Positions 30,401 through 42,360 of a stretch of DNA of 64,000 nt are shown one piece after another; the first letter of the stretch is position 1; the number at the start of each line of letters is the position of its first letter. Made by a program: the position numbers and the translations under genes. The notes beneath the pieces were generated by a model that was given only the letters and a program-made list of their open reading frames with translations, had not been told where the DNA came from and ran no database searches. This DNA is from a virus (Duplodnaviria > Heunggongvirae > Uroviricota > Caudoviricetes), in IMG/VR virus record IMGVR_UViG_3300021399_000121, positions 43,502 to 107,501 of that record, one strand, 5' to 3'.

Positions 30401-31402
30401 ATGGATAATTGAAAAAGTTGTAGTTATTATTGTGATAATACTATAAATGATTATTGGAATTGGACAAATACAACTACTACTCCTAAAGTAACTATTAATA
30501 GTGAAGGAATTAAAGGTAATGGTTTTAGTATTAATGGAAAATCTATTAACTTAAATTCTGATACTTGTATCTCAACTTCTAATAAAATTAGTATAGATGG
30601 AGAAGAATTAGCCACAGACGATATTAAATTTATCCATGAATTACAAAAACAATTACAACAAGAAGTAGAACATACGTGCGATCTTATTAATCAAGATAAA
30701 TTAGAAAATATAAAAAAGAAAATCCAAAACCAAGAGAAAGGAAATAGTGTGAATATTACAAAAAATTTCAATTTTGGTCCATGCGGTGATCGTGCTAAGA
30801 TTTCACATCTTGGCATTGCGGTACAGAATAGTAATGGTGAATGGGTATCTTATGATAAAGAAAATAATGAAATTGTTAATGTTGATTTAATTAATTTTGG
30901 TTGTGATAATTTTGTTTATATGATACCTGTTGCAATTAAAGATGTAACCGAAGGTGACGCAATTGTCCATAATCATCATGTAATGTTTGTCACAAAAGCT
31001 AGAGGAAAGACTATTTCTGTTATTGATGTAACAGATGGTGAGATTAAGAAAATTCTTCCTACTAAGTCTGTATTTGGTTTTGATTTTATTACTAAGATTG
31101 TAAGTTTAATAGATTTTACAGCATCGGCCGCCGATGAAGATAATCCTTTTGGAAATATGCTTCCTTTCCTTCTGTTAAACAATGATAATAACGGGAGCAA
31201 TGATGTCCTCCCTTTAGCCTTTATGCTAATGAACAAGGATGGTCAGGATGGTGGTGGATTGTTCTCCTCTTCTACCTCCTCTACTCAGATGATGGTTATG
31301 GCTATGATGATGACGACAAATGGCAAGAACAATTACGACATGCAGAGCATTCTTCCACTCATGTTTCTGATGAACGAGAATACAAAGACGGTGACTTCGT
31401 AG
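30401..31402 (+). CDS. Hypothetical 333-aa protein whose fourth codon is TGA. It extends ORF 30749..31402 upstream.
   Basis: A consensus promoter at 30345-30380 and the RBS AAAGGAGGATAGATA precede ATG 30401. The frame is continuous into ORF 30749 if TGA 30410-30412 is sense. Confidence 0.4.
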
Positions 31403-31624
31403 AAGTTATTTGGAGTAAAAATCGTCGTATTGTTAAAGAACCTTGGCTAGATATATTAAAAGAGGCTCCATCTTCCCCACATGTAAAAGCGGGTACTAGT
31501 ACAAGAGGTCATATTCTTGAAAATGATGATGGTTTTTGGCTTGATGTTTTTGATCGTGAAACTTTTAATCATAATTTTATTTGGTTAAGTAAAACTGATT
31601 GGGTTATAAAACAATAGGAGATAT

Positions 31625-32575
31625 ATGTTCGCAATTATTGGTATTATTATTTTAATCGCAGGTATTATTTGTGCGGTCTTTTTTGGAAAAACAGAAATAT
31701 ATAAAGTGTGGGATGAAGAAAGAACAAGGCAAGTTACACCGCCAAAGATATATAGTTTAATTCCAATTATTCTTGGTGTTGTTCTTATCTTTAGTTCTTG
31801 TATTTATGCACAATCTGTTGGAGAAGTTGTTGTTTTTCATAATTGGGGTGGTCAGTTAGCTGGACATGATAGTGAAGCTGGCTTTGGTTTAAAGGCTCCT
31901 TGGCAAGAAATTACTCGTTATGATATTCGTAACAACATTCTTTCTTTTATGGGTGAGACAGAAGAAGAGCAGTTTGAAGGTGGCTCCGCAAACGGTTCTG
32001 GTATTATTGTAAATGATCGTGGTGGCGCAAGAGCTGTTGTAGATGTTCAAGTTAACTATTCACTTGACCCAGAAGCTGCAGAAGATCTTTATGTAAATTA
32101 CGGAACTCAAGAAAATTTTGTTAAATCTATTTGTGCGGTTGACATTCGTGCAGTTCCACGCCAGGTTGCCGGTCAGTTTGATACAATTACTATTCTAACC
32201 GCACGTGAAGAATTTGTAAAAGCTATTTGGAAAGCTCTTGAAAAGAAATGGAAGCCTTATGGTTTGGTTATTGAACAGGTAAATGTTCAGCACGTAGAAT
32301 ATCCTGACAACATCAATGAAAGTTATACTAAGGCACAGCAAGCTGAAATTGATAAGCAAACAGCTGAAAATAAAAAGTCTGTTGCTAAAGTTGAAGCACA
32401 GACTAAGGTAGTTCAAGCGCAAGGTGAAGCTGATGCAAATAAAATTCTTAATGATTCTCTAAGCGATAAAGTTATTCAGCAACACTATATCGACGCTCTT
32501 AAAGATATTGGTTCTCATGATAATATTGTTGTAGTTCCAGAGGGAGCAACACCGATGGTTAGTACTAATAAATAA
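31625..32575 (+). CDS. SPFH/band-7 domain membrane protein.
   Basis: N-terminal TM helix followed by an SPFH-like coiled-coil region rich in A/E/Q (AQQAEIDKQTAENKK...AQGEADANKI). Confidence 0.45.
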   Translation: MFAIIGIIILIAGIICAVFFGKTEIYKVWDEERTRQVTPPKIYSLIPIILGVVLIFSSCIYAQSVGEVVVFHNWGGQLAGHDSEAGFGLKAPWQEITRYDIRNNILSFMGETEEEQFEGGSANGSGIIVNDRGGARAVVDVQVNYSLDPEAAEDLYVNYGTQENFVKSICAVDIRAVPRQVAGQFDTITILTAREEFVKAIWKALEKKWKPYGLVIEQVNVQHVEYPDNINESYTKAQQAEIDKQTAENKKSVAKVEAQTKVVQAQGEADANKILNDSLSDKVIQQHYIDALKDIGSHDNIVVVPEGATPMVSTNK

Positions 32576-32667
32576 TTATTAATTTACGCTCGTTAAGGAT
32601 TATTTCTTGACGGGCGTTTTATTTTTATGATATAATATATTTATAAAGAAAAGAGAAAGGATATATT

Positions 32668-32853
32668 ATGGATGAACAATATATTTATATTGTAGAGTAT
32701 CCTGAATTAGACTGTGAAGGAAAATACATTTATGGCTATGATTATTTTTATACAATTTCAGAATCAAAAGCAAAGGACAAAGTAAAACAATTGAATCAAA
32801 ATAGAGATGGATGGCATCTTGAAGCAAGCTATTCTAAACAGAAAATGTTTTAA
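32668..32853 (+). CDS. Small hypothetical protein.
   Basis: Conserved promoter at 32600-32640 and RBS AAAGGATATATT. Confidence 0.4.
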   Translation: MDEQYIYIVEYPELDCEGKYIYGYDYFYTISESKAKDKVKQLNQNRDGWHLEASYSKQKMF

Positions 32854-32866
32854 TTTGGAGGTAATT

Positions 32867-33034
32867 ATGGCTCATTGCTTTGTTGAATTTGGTGCTTATG
32901 GCGTAATTGATGATTTTGAAATTGAAGAAAGAATGACTGAAGAACAAATACTTGAAGAGGTTGAGCAAGTTACTCAAGAATTTGCTTCACAAGAAGCTAG
33001 TTATATAATTGTCGATAATATAGAGGATTATTAA
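32867..33034 (+). CDS. Small acidic protein. The start was moved to the ATG behind GGAGGTAATT.
   Basis: Frame of ORF 32807..33034. Confidence 0.35.
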   Translation: MAHCFVEFGAYGVIDDFEIEERMTEEQILEEVEQVTQEFASQEASYIIVDNIEDY

Positions 33035-33036
33035 GA

Positions 33037-33219
33037 ATGAGTAAAATTAATATAAAAGCATTAATTTGTACTATTATAACTCTTATATTAATTCCTTTAC
33101 TTACCTATGCCGTATTAACGAATGCTATTCTTTTTATAATTGTTGGAATAATATTGGGTATTATTGTAATTATAGTACTTTTTTATGGATTATATGTATT
33201 TTTTGATGAATGCTTTTAA
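33037..33219 (+). CDS. Small membrane protein with two TM helices.
   Basis: ORF track entry; hydrophobic throughout. Confidence 0.4.
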   Translation: MSKINIKALICTIITLILIPLLTYAVLTNAILFIIVGIILGIIVIIVLFYGLYVFFDECF

Positions 33220-34055
33220 AGGAGATAGCAGTGCCATACTTAAATGATATTGATATTAATAAGCGTTTACACGAACATCTTCTTCATTATATAAATACTT
33301 ATAATAAAGATTGGTTTGTTATTTGTGCTCAAGGGTCAATGAATTATGGCCTTGTAGACGAAGAGTCTGATGTAGATTCTAAAGTATTGGTTATTCCTTC
33401 GTTAGAAGATATTGTACTTAATCGCAAACCAATTAGCAATACTCTTGAAATGCCTGATAACCAAGAGCATGTAGATTGTAAGGATGTGCGGGAATACTTT
33501 AAGATTTTCCGCAAGTCAAATATTAACTTTGTTGAAATTTTATTTACTGATTATTTTATTGTAAATAATAAGTATTATGATCTTTGGAATAGGTTGCGGG
33601 AGAATGCGGAAGGATTAGCAAGGATTAATCCTTATGCCGCAGTTTCTTGTATGAAAGGCATGGCGAGTGAGAAACGACATGCTCTGTGCCATGAATACCC
33701 AAGCCGCATGCCCTGGATTGAAAAATTTGGATATGATCCAAAACAGTTATCACATCTAGTTCGTATTAATTATTTTATTAAATGGTATATTGAAGGTGCT
33801 CCATATAAAGATTGTATTAAACCAAAGAAAAAATTTATTCGTGACTCTCTCTTGGGATGTAAACGAAATGGATGGGGACTGTCTAAAGAACAAGCAGAAA
33901 CTAAAGCAGATGAATTAATGGAAGAAATTATTAAAATAGCTGATGATTTCCGCAAAGATCATCCTAATGAAAATGATCCTTTAATGGATTCTCTTTTGGA
34001 TAAAACTCTTTATGATTTAATTAGTAGGTCATTAAAAGCAGAATTAGGAGTATAA
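33210..34055 (+). CDS. Pol-beta-fold nucleotidyltransferase-like protein.
   Basis: GSMNYGLVDEESDVD fits the GS...D.D signature of minimal nucleotidyltransferases. Confidence 0.4.
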   Translation: MLLKEIAVPYLNDIDINKRLHEHLLHYINTYNKDWFVICAQGSMNYGLVDEESDVDSKVLVIPSLEDIVLNRKPISNTLEMPDNQEHVDCKDVREYFKIFRKSNINFVEILFTDYFIVNNKYYDLWNRLRENAEGLARINPYAAVSCMKGMASEKRHALCHEYPSRMPWIEKFGYDPKQLSHLVRINYFIKWYIEGAPYKDCIKPKKKFIRDSLLGCKRNGWGLSKEQAETKADELMEEIIKIADDFRKDHPNENDPLMDSLLDKTLYDLISRSLKAELGV

Positions 34056-34525
34056 TAAATGAGTGGTAAGAAGTATAAGATTTATCAAAATTCACAATTC
34101 CTTGGACATTGGTGTGCTACATCGCCCGCACAAGCTATTGAAAAAATGTCTCGTACTCTATATGCAACAGTATATAATATAAATTTTAATGATTATTTTG
34201 ACGTATATTATGGAAATGATTATAGTCGAATTTATGTAGGTGAAGCATAAATTTAATTGACAAATATCATATAAATATGCTATAATATAAGTACAGAAAA
34301 AGGGAAAGATGGTAGTTTAATAGTATGGTAAGTTTTCCAACAGATATGAATGGAAATTCTATTGAACCTGGTAATAAGTTATTTCTTGAACATAATAAAA
34401 AAGTAATAACAGTAAGGTCTGTAGAATTTTTAGAAGAAGGATGGATTGTTTGGCCTCATGAAAGTGGTGGAGGTATAAAATTACCAGAAGCTTCTTTCGA
34501 TATTAAATGTCTTTAGGAGATTATC

Positions 34526-35068
34526 ATGGGGTTTGATGGTGTTTATAGTATATATCGTAAATGCAATGACAAGTATGAAAAACTGGCTTTTTATGACAAA
34601 GATGGTAAAGAGCTTTATGATCTCTTTCCCAGCCGTGATGGAATGCTGAATCAACTTCTTCTTGGTTATAATCGTCATGGTTATGATTTTGAGGATATTG
34701 GTGCTCGTCGTGGCCTTCCTGAGTGGTATATAGATATTCTTAAAGAAGAGCATCCTGATTGGTTTGATGGTAGTGATGGGTGGTCTTATAATGTAGATGA
34801 GGGCACGTATTATGATTATCTTGAGCTGCGTGGATGGGCACAAGGTGATATTTGTAGTCATAAGGATTGGATGGCTATAGAAGAGCCTGATTATGATTAT
34901 GACGATAATGTTGCACCTGATTGTGATGATAACTACGTTGTACCTGAACCGCCTATGCGGAATGCTCTAAAAGATTTTATGGAGCAAGTAAATATATATC
35001 TATATGCCTATGGTATTTATCGTCCTGAGCCTGGTGAAGTTTACATCATCTGCGAGATGAGCTATTAA
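34526..35068 (+). CDS. Hypothetical acidic 180-aa protein.
   Basis: ORF track entry; RBS AGGAGATTATC. Confidence 0.4.
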   Translation: MGFDGVYSIYRKCNDKYEKLAFYDKDGKELYDLFPSRDGMLNQLLLGYNRHGYDFEDIGARRGLPEWYIDILKEEHPDWFDGSDGWSYNVDEGTYYDYLELRGWAQGDICSHKDWMAIEEPDYDYDDNVAPDCDDNYVVPEPPMRNALKDFMEQVNIYLYAYGIYRPEPGEVYIICEMSY

Positions 35069-35679
35069 TGATTACTTTAGAAGATACTTATAATGATGCA
35101 TTGCATATTACGCATTTTAAAAACATAAACGAGTTAATAGATTATATTAATGATAATCCTTCTGTTAATGATCGTGTCTTAAAGGGGGATGCAGATTTTT
35201 ATTTTTCTACCCAAGAGGAAAGATATGATATGAACATAGAAAATTTCGTAATCTGTGACTGGGAAACTAAGGGCAATGTTGTGCGGCTGTACTGCTGTGA
35301 CCAGAATAAATACAATGATATTTGGGGTGATGACTGGAATGATAAACCTTATGAGCATAATGCGGGTCGGGTATATGATAAATATGTTGATAAGGTAATT
35401 GATATTTATTTTGATTTTGATATTGTTATTCTTGAAGCTGAGAATGATTGGATTTATAACGGTTGTTCTCCATTCAGTAAACAAGATTTTAAAGAAGGTA
35501 AAGCTCCAATTTTCATTGCCTATTGGCCGCAAGAAAATGATCATTGGGAGGGTAATGAATATCATCTTCTAATAGGAGGTAAGAATAACGATCGTATTCT
35601 TAAATTTTATATGGGTGATATGATTAAGCCTATTCTTACTGGTAATAAGAAGATTGTTCATTATATTGTTCATGAATAA
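35068..35679 (+). CDS. Hypothetical 203-aa protein.
   Basis: ORF track entry; ATGA overlap with the upstream gene. Confidence 0.4.
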   Translation: MITLEDTYNDALHITHFKNINELIDYINDNPSVNDRVLKGDADFYFSTQEERYDMNIENFVICDWETKGNVVRLYCCDQNKYNDIWGDDWNDKPYEHNAGRVYDKYVDKVIDIYFDFDIVILEAENDWIYNGCSPFSKQDFKEGKAPIFIAYWPQENDHWEGNEYHLLIGGKNNDRILKFYMGDMIKPILTGNKKIVHYIVHE

Positions 35680-36029
35680 TATTGGAAGGGGCAAGACTTG
35701 CGGGTATTTGCCCCGCATGAGATACTAAACATACATACCTCCGCGTGGTGTATCTTGGGTTATGCTAAAGTGTATGTACCTCTTCTCCCGGAGTTTTGGC
35801 AAGTTTCTCCGTTTTTATAATTATAGTGTTTAACTTGCTGAAGATTGGATTGTCTCTTCGCATAATAGGCCGCATAAACAATCTCGTCCAGCGATAAAGC
35901 GTGAACTGGTGGTATATGCTTATCCCAGAAAACTAAGCAACCTAGTATATTATCGCTCTGCTAGGGCCGCACATACTATCCTTACTACTCTTTAGGGTGG
36001 TAAGGATTTTTTATTATAAGGAGAATAAA

Positions 36030-36623
36030 ATGAAAATTTTAGTTGCAGTACCAACATTTGAGAATATATTACCAGAAACTTTTAAATCAATTTACGATTT
36101 AGATAAAACTGAAAATATGATTGTAGATTTTGATTTTATAAAAGGATATGATTGTGCTAAAGCTAGAAATAAAATTGCCGATAAAGCTATTAAACATAAT
36201 TATGATTATGTATTAATGGTTGATTCTGATATTGTTCTTCCTAATAACACTTTAGTTAAAATGTTAGATAATCCTAAGTCTATTTGTTTAGGATGTTATC
36301 CTCGTAAGAATACTAAAAATGGTACTTTTGAAATTTTTAAATTAAATCAAAAAAATTATGTTAATACTTTTAATTATGATGAAATCATTAATATGACTGG
36401 AAAAATTGAAATTAAAGGTGGCGGTTTTGGTTGCGCTTTAATTGATACTAATATTTTTAAAAATTTAACTTATCCTTATTTTAAATATGTTCAATATAAT
36501 GATGGATCATGTTTATCAGAAGATAATTATTTCTGTAGCAATGCCCGCAAAGCTGGATATAAAATTTATGCACAAACTGATGTACTATGCGGGCATAGTA
36601 TTAAAGGTTTCCAATGGCAATAA
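36030..36623 (+). CDS. Family-2 glycosyltransferase.
   Basis: RBS AAGGAGAATAAA precedes ATG 36030. The N-terminus ILVAVPTFEN and the DxD motif in LMVDSDIV are present. Confidence 0.5.
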   Translation: MKILVAVPTFENILPETFKSIYDLDKTENMIVDFDFIKGYDCAKARNKIADKAIKHNYDYVLMVDSDIVLPNNTLVKMLDNPKSICLGCYPRKNTKNGTFEIFKLNQKNYVNTFNYDEIINMTGKIEIKGGGFGCALIDTNIFKNLTYPYFKYVQYNDGSCLSEDNYFCSNARKAGYKIYAQTDVLCGHSIKGFQWQ

Positions 36624-36703
36624 AATATCAAATTATAATTAAACTAGCATAATAAAATTTATATATTATATAGTATAAATTTTTAAATTAAGGAGAATAC
36701 CGT

Positions 36704-38728
36704 ATGGATCTTATAACTCTTGCTTTAGCAAAGAAAGGCAGCGGTGGCAATAGTAGCAGTAGTGGTAGAACAACTCTTGTTTCTTTCACACGAGAAGGAC
36801 AATCGCTTGATTCTCCTATTAAATTAGCTACTCCTGCTACATATCAAGAATTACTTGACTCAATTGAACGTCATGATGAAATATTTGTAGTTAGTAGTTT
36901 TGGCAGCAGGTCTTTTAATAGCAAACCTATAGATATATGTGTAGATACAGAAAGAAATTTTATTATATTAAACTATATTAATAAAATAGATAATACTGAA
37001 TATAAATGTACAGCAACTATCGCAAGTGATGGTCAAATTTGGTATGAGTCAAAGATGGCACCTGGCATAAAATACCTTCGATTTATAGATGGTTCGACAT
37101 TAAATATTCAAGACCCAGAAAATAATTGGTCTGATGTTCGTGCTAGTGCAATGAAAACATGGATTAATGGTGGTTATACACTAATATTAATAGATTCTGA
37201 ACATCAATATTCTGTGAGTGGTACTTATAAATATGGTGGAGATATTTATGGTGTCTACTTTTCTGGCATTTATGATGAACGGGTATCTTCAAATTTGATT
37301 AATCATTATATTCGTACAATTTTTGTTTCTGATTCTAATATAACAAAAACTGATATACCTATACCTGCTTCAACGGAACTTACACCAGCCACAGCTACTG
37401 AATTGGGCGGTATTAAAGTTGGTGATGGTTTGAGCATTGATAGTAATGGTGTTTTAAATTCAGCTTTTATAAAAACTGAAAAACCAGCTGATACTGTAAA
37501 TTATATTTCGATAAATAAAAAAGGAATTATTAACGAACTTAGATTAAAAGGATTTACCGGACGTGGAAATCATCTAAACTCATATTATCCAGAAAATTTA
37601 TTAGCTAATTCAAAAACGCCCTATTTATTGAATGATATTGATAATATATATATAAGTAAATTAGATAATTATGGGCCTAATAATAGAACTACATTGTTTA
37701 ATGTTAATTATAATAATCCAACTGATATTTCTACAATTGTTTGTGACGAAAAATTACCAAGTCCTAAATCATTTGGTAAAGAAACAGTGGCCGTTTCCGC
37801 ATGCGCTAAATTACTTTCAGGTACTTCATTTGGCAGTATATATATAAAAATATTAGATGAAGATAATAACATTATAACCATGATACCATTTCATACAGCA
37901 AGAGTTGAGAATTATCAAATAGCAGTAGGTCAAGTAGCAGCCAAGTATTTTTCAAATAAACCTGTTTATTTCACAATACAACAGCAATCAGGGATACAAA
38001 ATACAATACAATTTTTTAATTTAACTTATGGTATGGGTGCATATTACAACACTGATGCTTCAATTGATAATCATTATGGTTCATTTCAACCAATGTTAAG
38101 TTATAAATTAGCTTCAGGCGATAGTTTTAATGTGTATAGAACAAATGAAGAAACTCACTTTCTACAATTAGAGAATGAAAAAATAAAATATTTCCCAGCA
38201 GCGGCAACAAATAATCTTCATTATGGGGCTAATGAACTAAAAGGAATAAACATTAGCAATCCATATGAATATAAAGAAGATGATATATATGATGAGATTA
38301 TTGTTAAAGGTAAAAAAATAACAACAATATATAGAACCGATATATATAGATTTAACGATGTTGGTTTGCGTGGAATGATGCATCCTGAACTAGAAAATAC
38401 GGTTCTATTATATATATCTGTTAAAAACGGTACGACTACTGACAATATAATGTGCAATTTATACCCAAACACAGATGATTCTAGTGTAGATAAAAGAATT
38501 TATTGCTCAAATAATAATATTTATATACATGATAGTTCTATAAGTAGTACAGCAGACGCAGAAACAGCATTTGAAAATCTTGAAGTAATTTTTCCAATAC
38601 CTACAGAAGTAGAAGTAACAAGTGAATTACCATCTACAAAAATATTTAATTCTCTATTATGCACTAATGGGAGTGTAGTATTATCACTGGATGCTTTTAC
38701 AGGAAGTTTTATCGATTCGATAGTATAA
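36704..38728 (+). CDS. Large Ser/Thr/Asn-rich 674-aa protein, probably involved in adsorption or structure.
   Basis: Its N-terminus MDLITLALAKKGSGG is shared with the next gene. Confidence 0.45.
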   Translation: MDLITLALAKKGSGGNSSSSGRTTLVSFTREGQSLDSPIKLATPATYQELLDSIERHDEIFVVSSFGSRSFNSKPIDICVDTERNFIILNYINKIDNTEYKCTATIASDGQIWYESKMAPGIKYLRFIDGSTLNIQDPENNWSDVRASAMKTWINGGYTLILIDSEHQYSVSGTYKYGGDIYGVYFSGIYDERVSSNLINHYIRTIFVSDSNITKTDIPIPASTELTPATATELGGIKVGDGLSIDSNGVLNSAFIKTEKPADTVNYISINKKGIINELRLKGFTGRGNHLNSYYPENLLANSKTPYLLNDIDNIYISKLDNYGPNNRTTLFNVNYNNPTDISTIVCDEKLPSPKSFGKETVAVSACAKLLSGTSFGSIYIKILDEDNNIITMIPFHTARVENYQIAVGQVAAKYFSNKPVYFTIQQQSGIQNTIQFFNLTYGMGAYYNTDASIDNHYGSFQPMLSYKLASGDSFNVYRTNEETHFLQLENEKIKYFPAAATNNLHYGANELKGINISNPYEYKEDDIYDEIIVKGKKITTIYRTDIYRFNDVGLRGMMHPELENTVLLYISVKNGTTTDNIMCNLYPNTDDSSVDKRIYCSNNNIYIHDSSISSTADAETAFENLEVIFPIPTEVEVTSELPSTKIFNSLLCTNGSVVLSLDAFTGSFIDSIV

Positions 38729-38903
38729 GAAAATTTAATTATGGCTTATCATAAGTATATTGATTCGCATTAATTAGTTTTTATTATATAGTTTAAATGG
38801 AACATTTTTTTGATTACTCTATTTTTTTGTTTATATAATAAATCTTATTAACTGATGCAATATAAATATGCTATAATATATTTATAGAAAGGAATAGATC
38901 ATT

Positions 38904-39365
38904 ATGAGTGTAGATCTTATAACTCTTGCTTTAGCAAAAAAAGGTAGTAGTGGCGGTGGCGATGAAAGTGGAGATGAAATATTAGTTGTTAAAGCTTGGT
39001 CTAACAACGGTATTCATTTTGACAAAACTCATTCGGAAATTGAACAATTCCTTGTTGATCACAACTTCGATCCCAATAAAGTCATTTTAGAATATTTCAA
39101 CATTATATCCGGTAGCGCCACATCTGCAAACGCGGTTCCAGATATGCCTAATTATCATTTTGATGAATCGGCTCGTTGCTATAGAATCTCACATTTAAGT
39201 TCCTTTTTCCCTTATTATCCTGGTAAACCAAAGACGATAGCTTTTGATGCAACTTATACAGGTCTTGATTCATCTGGTACAAAATATTTATATTATGATA
39301 GGATTTCTACCCATCCTTTTGCTGGGATACAAAGAAATAAAGATAAAATAGCGATAATCGGGTAA
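38904..39365 (+). CDS. Paralogue sharing the N-terminal module MSVDLITLALAKKGSSGGG.
   Basis: Consensus promoter at 38845-38890; identical first 12 residues. Confidence 0.45.
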   Translation: MSVDLITLALAKKGSSGGGDESGDEILVVKAWSNNGIHFDKTHSEIEQFLVDHNFDPNKVILEYFNIISGSATSANAVPDMPNYHFDESARCYRISHLSSFFPYYPGKPKTIAFDATYTGLDSSGTKYLYYDRISTHPFAGIQRNKDKIAIIG

Positions 39366-39989
39366 TAATCATGATTCTAAATGGAATTGACATAGCATTC
39401 TGGCAAGCTCTAGTATACTTAAGACAATCAGGAAGCTTGGTCAAATTCATTTTCAAGAAGAAAAATAATTAATATAGAGCAACCTATTAAGGTTGCTCTT
39501 TTTTTTATTTTGAAATCTTATTGACTAATGCAATATAAATATGATATAATATATTTATAGAAAGGAGAATAGTAATGTCTAAAGTTAAAGATGTACTTTA
39601 TGATTATGATGATGAAGTTTATTTCTCTTTTGATGGAAAAGATTATACTGGAACCATCGAAATAATTGATCGATTTGGATATTTCTTCGATAATTCAGAG
39701 CCATATTATGATATTTATATGAAAGATTCTAATATTCTTGTAAAGCATGTGCCGCAAAGTATTATTAGAAAGGTTGATTAATGATTCGATATAATAGTAT
39801 GAATGATATTGTTGAAAGTATGCGAGTTGCCTGTTTGTGCGGTATCAGAGAAAAAACTTTTGATTGGAAAGAAATTGGTATTAAAGGTTTTAGAAACAAA
39901 CATAAGATTATAAAGTTATGTAAACCATATGGTAAAATTAAACGTGTGCCGCAAGGTTTTATTATTAAGTTTGATCGATAGGAGTAATT

Positions 39990-40496
39990 ATGACCTGGAC
40001 AGTCCAAGAGATAGAGAAATATATGTCTGAATTGGCCGCAAATATTGGCTTAGAATTTGGTACTCCTGTCAAGATTAATGGAAGACTTACTCGTACTCTT
40101 GGAAGGGTTACTGCGGAACCTACGGCATTTGATGTTTATGAACCGCGAGTAATTGAATTTAGTAAACAGTTTCTTGAGACTTCTACTGATGAAAGTGTGC
40201 GGCAAACTATTCTCCATGAGTTTGCACACTGGGCTGTTATAATTGAAACTGGTGAGACTCATGGTCATGATGCAGTTTTCAAAGCTATGTGCCGCAAGAT
40301 AGGTTGTAGTGCAGATCGGCCGCAAACTAAAGTTGAACGTACTGTAAGTGATGATAAAATTTTTAAATATATCGTTAAATGTGATGAGTGCGGCAATGAG
40401 ATGCACTATAATCGAGCCGGAGAAGTTGTTAAACATCCTGACTTGTATGAATGCGGCAACTGTGGAGGAAGCTTAAGGGTGATTCAAAATTGGTAG
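39990..40496 (+). CDS. SprT-like zinc metallopeptidase-fold protein with a C-terminal zinc ribbon.
   Basis: HEFAHW followed by GETHGHD (HExxH...H); CDECG...CGNCG. Confidence 0.45.
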   Translation: MTWTVQEIEKYMSELAANIGLEFGTPVKINGRLTRTLGRVTAEPTAFDVYEPRVIEFSKQFLETSTDESVRQTILHEFAHWAVIIETGETHGHDAVFKAMCRKIGCSADRPQTKVERTVSDDKIFKYIVKCDECGNEMHYNRAGEVVKHPDLYECGNCGGSLRVIQNW

Positions 40497-41952
40497 AAAT
40501 CAATCCTTTAGCAATTTTTATTGGAGTTATTTTTGGATGGATAATTGGTAAATCTTGTTCATCTGATAGAGAACTTACAATATGGCTCATTATTATTATA
40601 TTTCTTTTTATTCTTAGCCTTATAATATGTCTTAATTTTTAGGAAACCTGGTTAGAAGGTTATGATGAAAAACTAAGGGTGGTTCAAAATTGGTAGAGAT
40701 TGTGGTAACATCAATAATAGTGAGTGTTCTTGTTAATATCTTTTTAAATTCTTTATTCGGAGAGAGGTAAGAGATGTTTGAAGATATTGCTAGGAATTGG
40801 CTTGAGAATCGATCTGGTATGCAGTATGATGATATGGTTCTTAATGAACTTGTAGATGACCTTGCGGTTATACTTATGAATGTTTATGAAGCTGGTCGTA
40901 GTTACGGATATAGTGAGGGTTTAGAAGAAAATTTAACTGAACTTCAATGGTAAGGGTTTAATATGAAATTGAAAGAGTTCTGTGTTGATCAAAAATGGTG
41001 TTTAGGCTTTGCAGAAGTTAGACGTTTTATTTCTAGTAAGGTTATTCAAATTAATGATATTACTGCAACAGATGCGGATATAGAACTAAAAAATGGTGAT
41101 ATTGTTAAATTTTTACCATGTCGAGAAGCAATAGTAAAGGAGAATTAAATGATTACTTTATGCCAATTGATTGATTCTGTAGCATGGCTCAATCCGCAAG
41201 AACATATGAAGATTTCTTTGTGGGATAAGTCTAAACTTTATGAGAATGACGAATATAGAGATATTGAATTAACTGTTCGTAATTTTGCTAAGTATGCTAA
41301 TTATCAGATAGGTGATCTTGATATTGAATATGATAATAAAGATAATGCTTACCTTAGCTGTATGATTTGGAAGGATTAATTATGAATTATTGGAGTAGAG
41401 TTACCGGTATTCAAAGTACAATTGGTATTGTACTTTTAATGATTTTTATTATACTTGCGGCGCTTGCTGCTAGTTGGGGACTTACATGTTTGATTGTCTA
41501 TTGGATTAGTTTACTTTGGGCAGGAACCGTATTTGCTTTTGAATGGTCATGGGTATTTGCAACTGGTATTTGGCTTGCTCTTTGTCTTATTGGTAGTTTT
41601 TGTCAAGCGAGGATAAATTTTAATGACTAATGGTGAAGTGTTCGTATCAGTGGCAGAGGCTCTGCGCCGCAAAATCCAAGAGGAAGGTAAGAGCTTAGAT
41701 GATGTAGATTTTATAATGGTTGGTAATTTAGGTTTAGATGTTGATGACTTTTGGGAGATTGCGGAACTTTGGAAATGGGATATTAATCAACTTAAAGATG
41801 AATTTAGAATAGTTTTTAAAGATCATACTTGGATTAGTAAACATTATAGTCGTAATGGTGATGTGCGGCTTAAGTATCATGGGCTATTTGAGAAGCCTAT
41901 GTGTATTCTGACACATCCTATGCCGAGTGAATTTTTAGATGGATAATGTATA

Positions 41953-42291
41953 ATGGATAGTCAATATTTTACTTCTGGTTTTAGTTATGGTTTTATTTTT
42001 GCTGAGATAGCCGCAACTCCAAGTAAATGTAAAAAATGTGGAGAATATCCTAAAATTTGGCATTATAATAATGCTTGGCAGGTTGAATGTGATTGCGGTC
42101 GAGTATCAGATATGTTAATTACTGTTGCTGTAAATAATTGGAATGAAATTTATGGGGATAGTTCTAATTATACTACAGTTCTTAATATTTGTGAACTAAA
42201 TGCTTCAAAAAAGAGTACTACAGATTATTTAAATGAACAGATGCGGCAATGTTGTTGTGATTATAGTCATATAATGAATATAAAAAGTTAA
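41953..42291 (+). CDS. Zinc-finger protein.
   Basis: CKKCG ... CDCG ... CCCDYSH. Confidence 0.4.
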   Translation: MDSQYFTSGFSYGFIFAEIAATPSKCKKCGEYPKIWHYNNAWQVECDCGRVSDMLITVAVNNWNEIYGDSSNYTTVLNICELNASKKSTTDYLNEQMRQCCCDYSHIMNIKS

Positions 42292-42360
42292 TAAAATTTT
42301 TATTGACTGGTGAATAATAATTATGGTATAATATAATTGTTAAGAGGAAGGAATTATATT

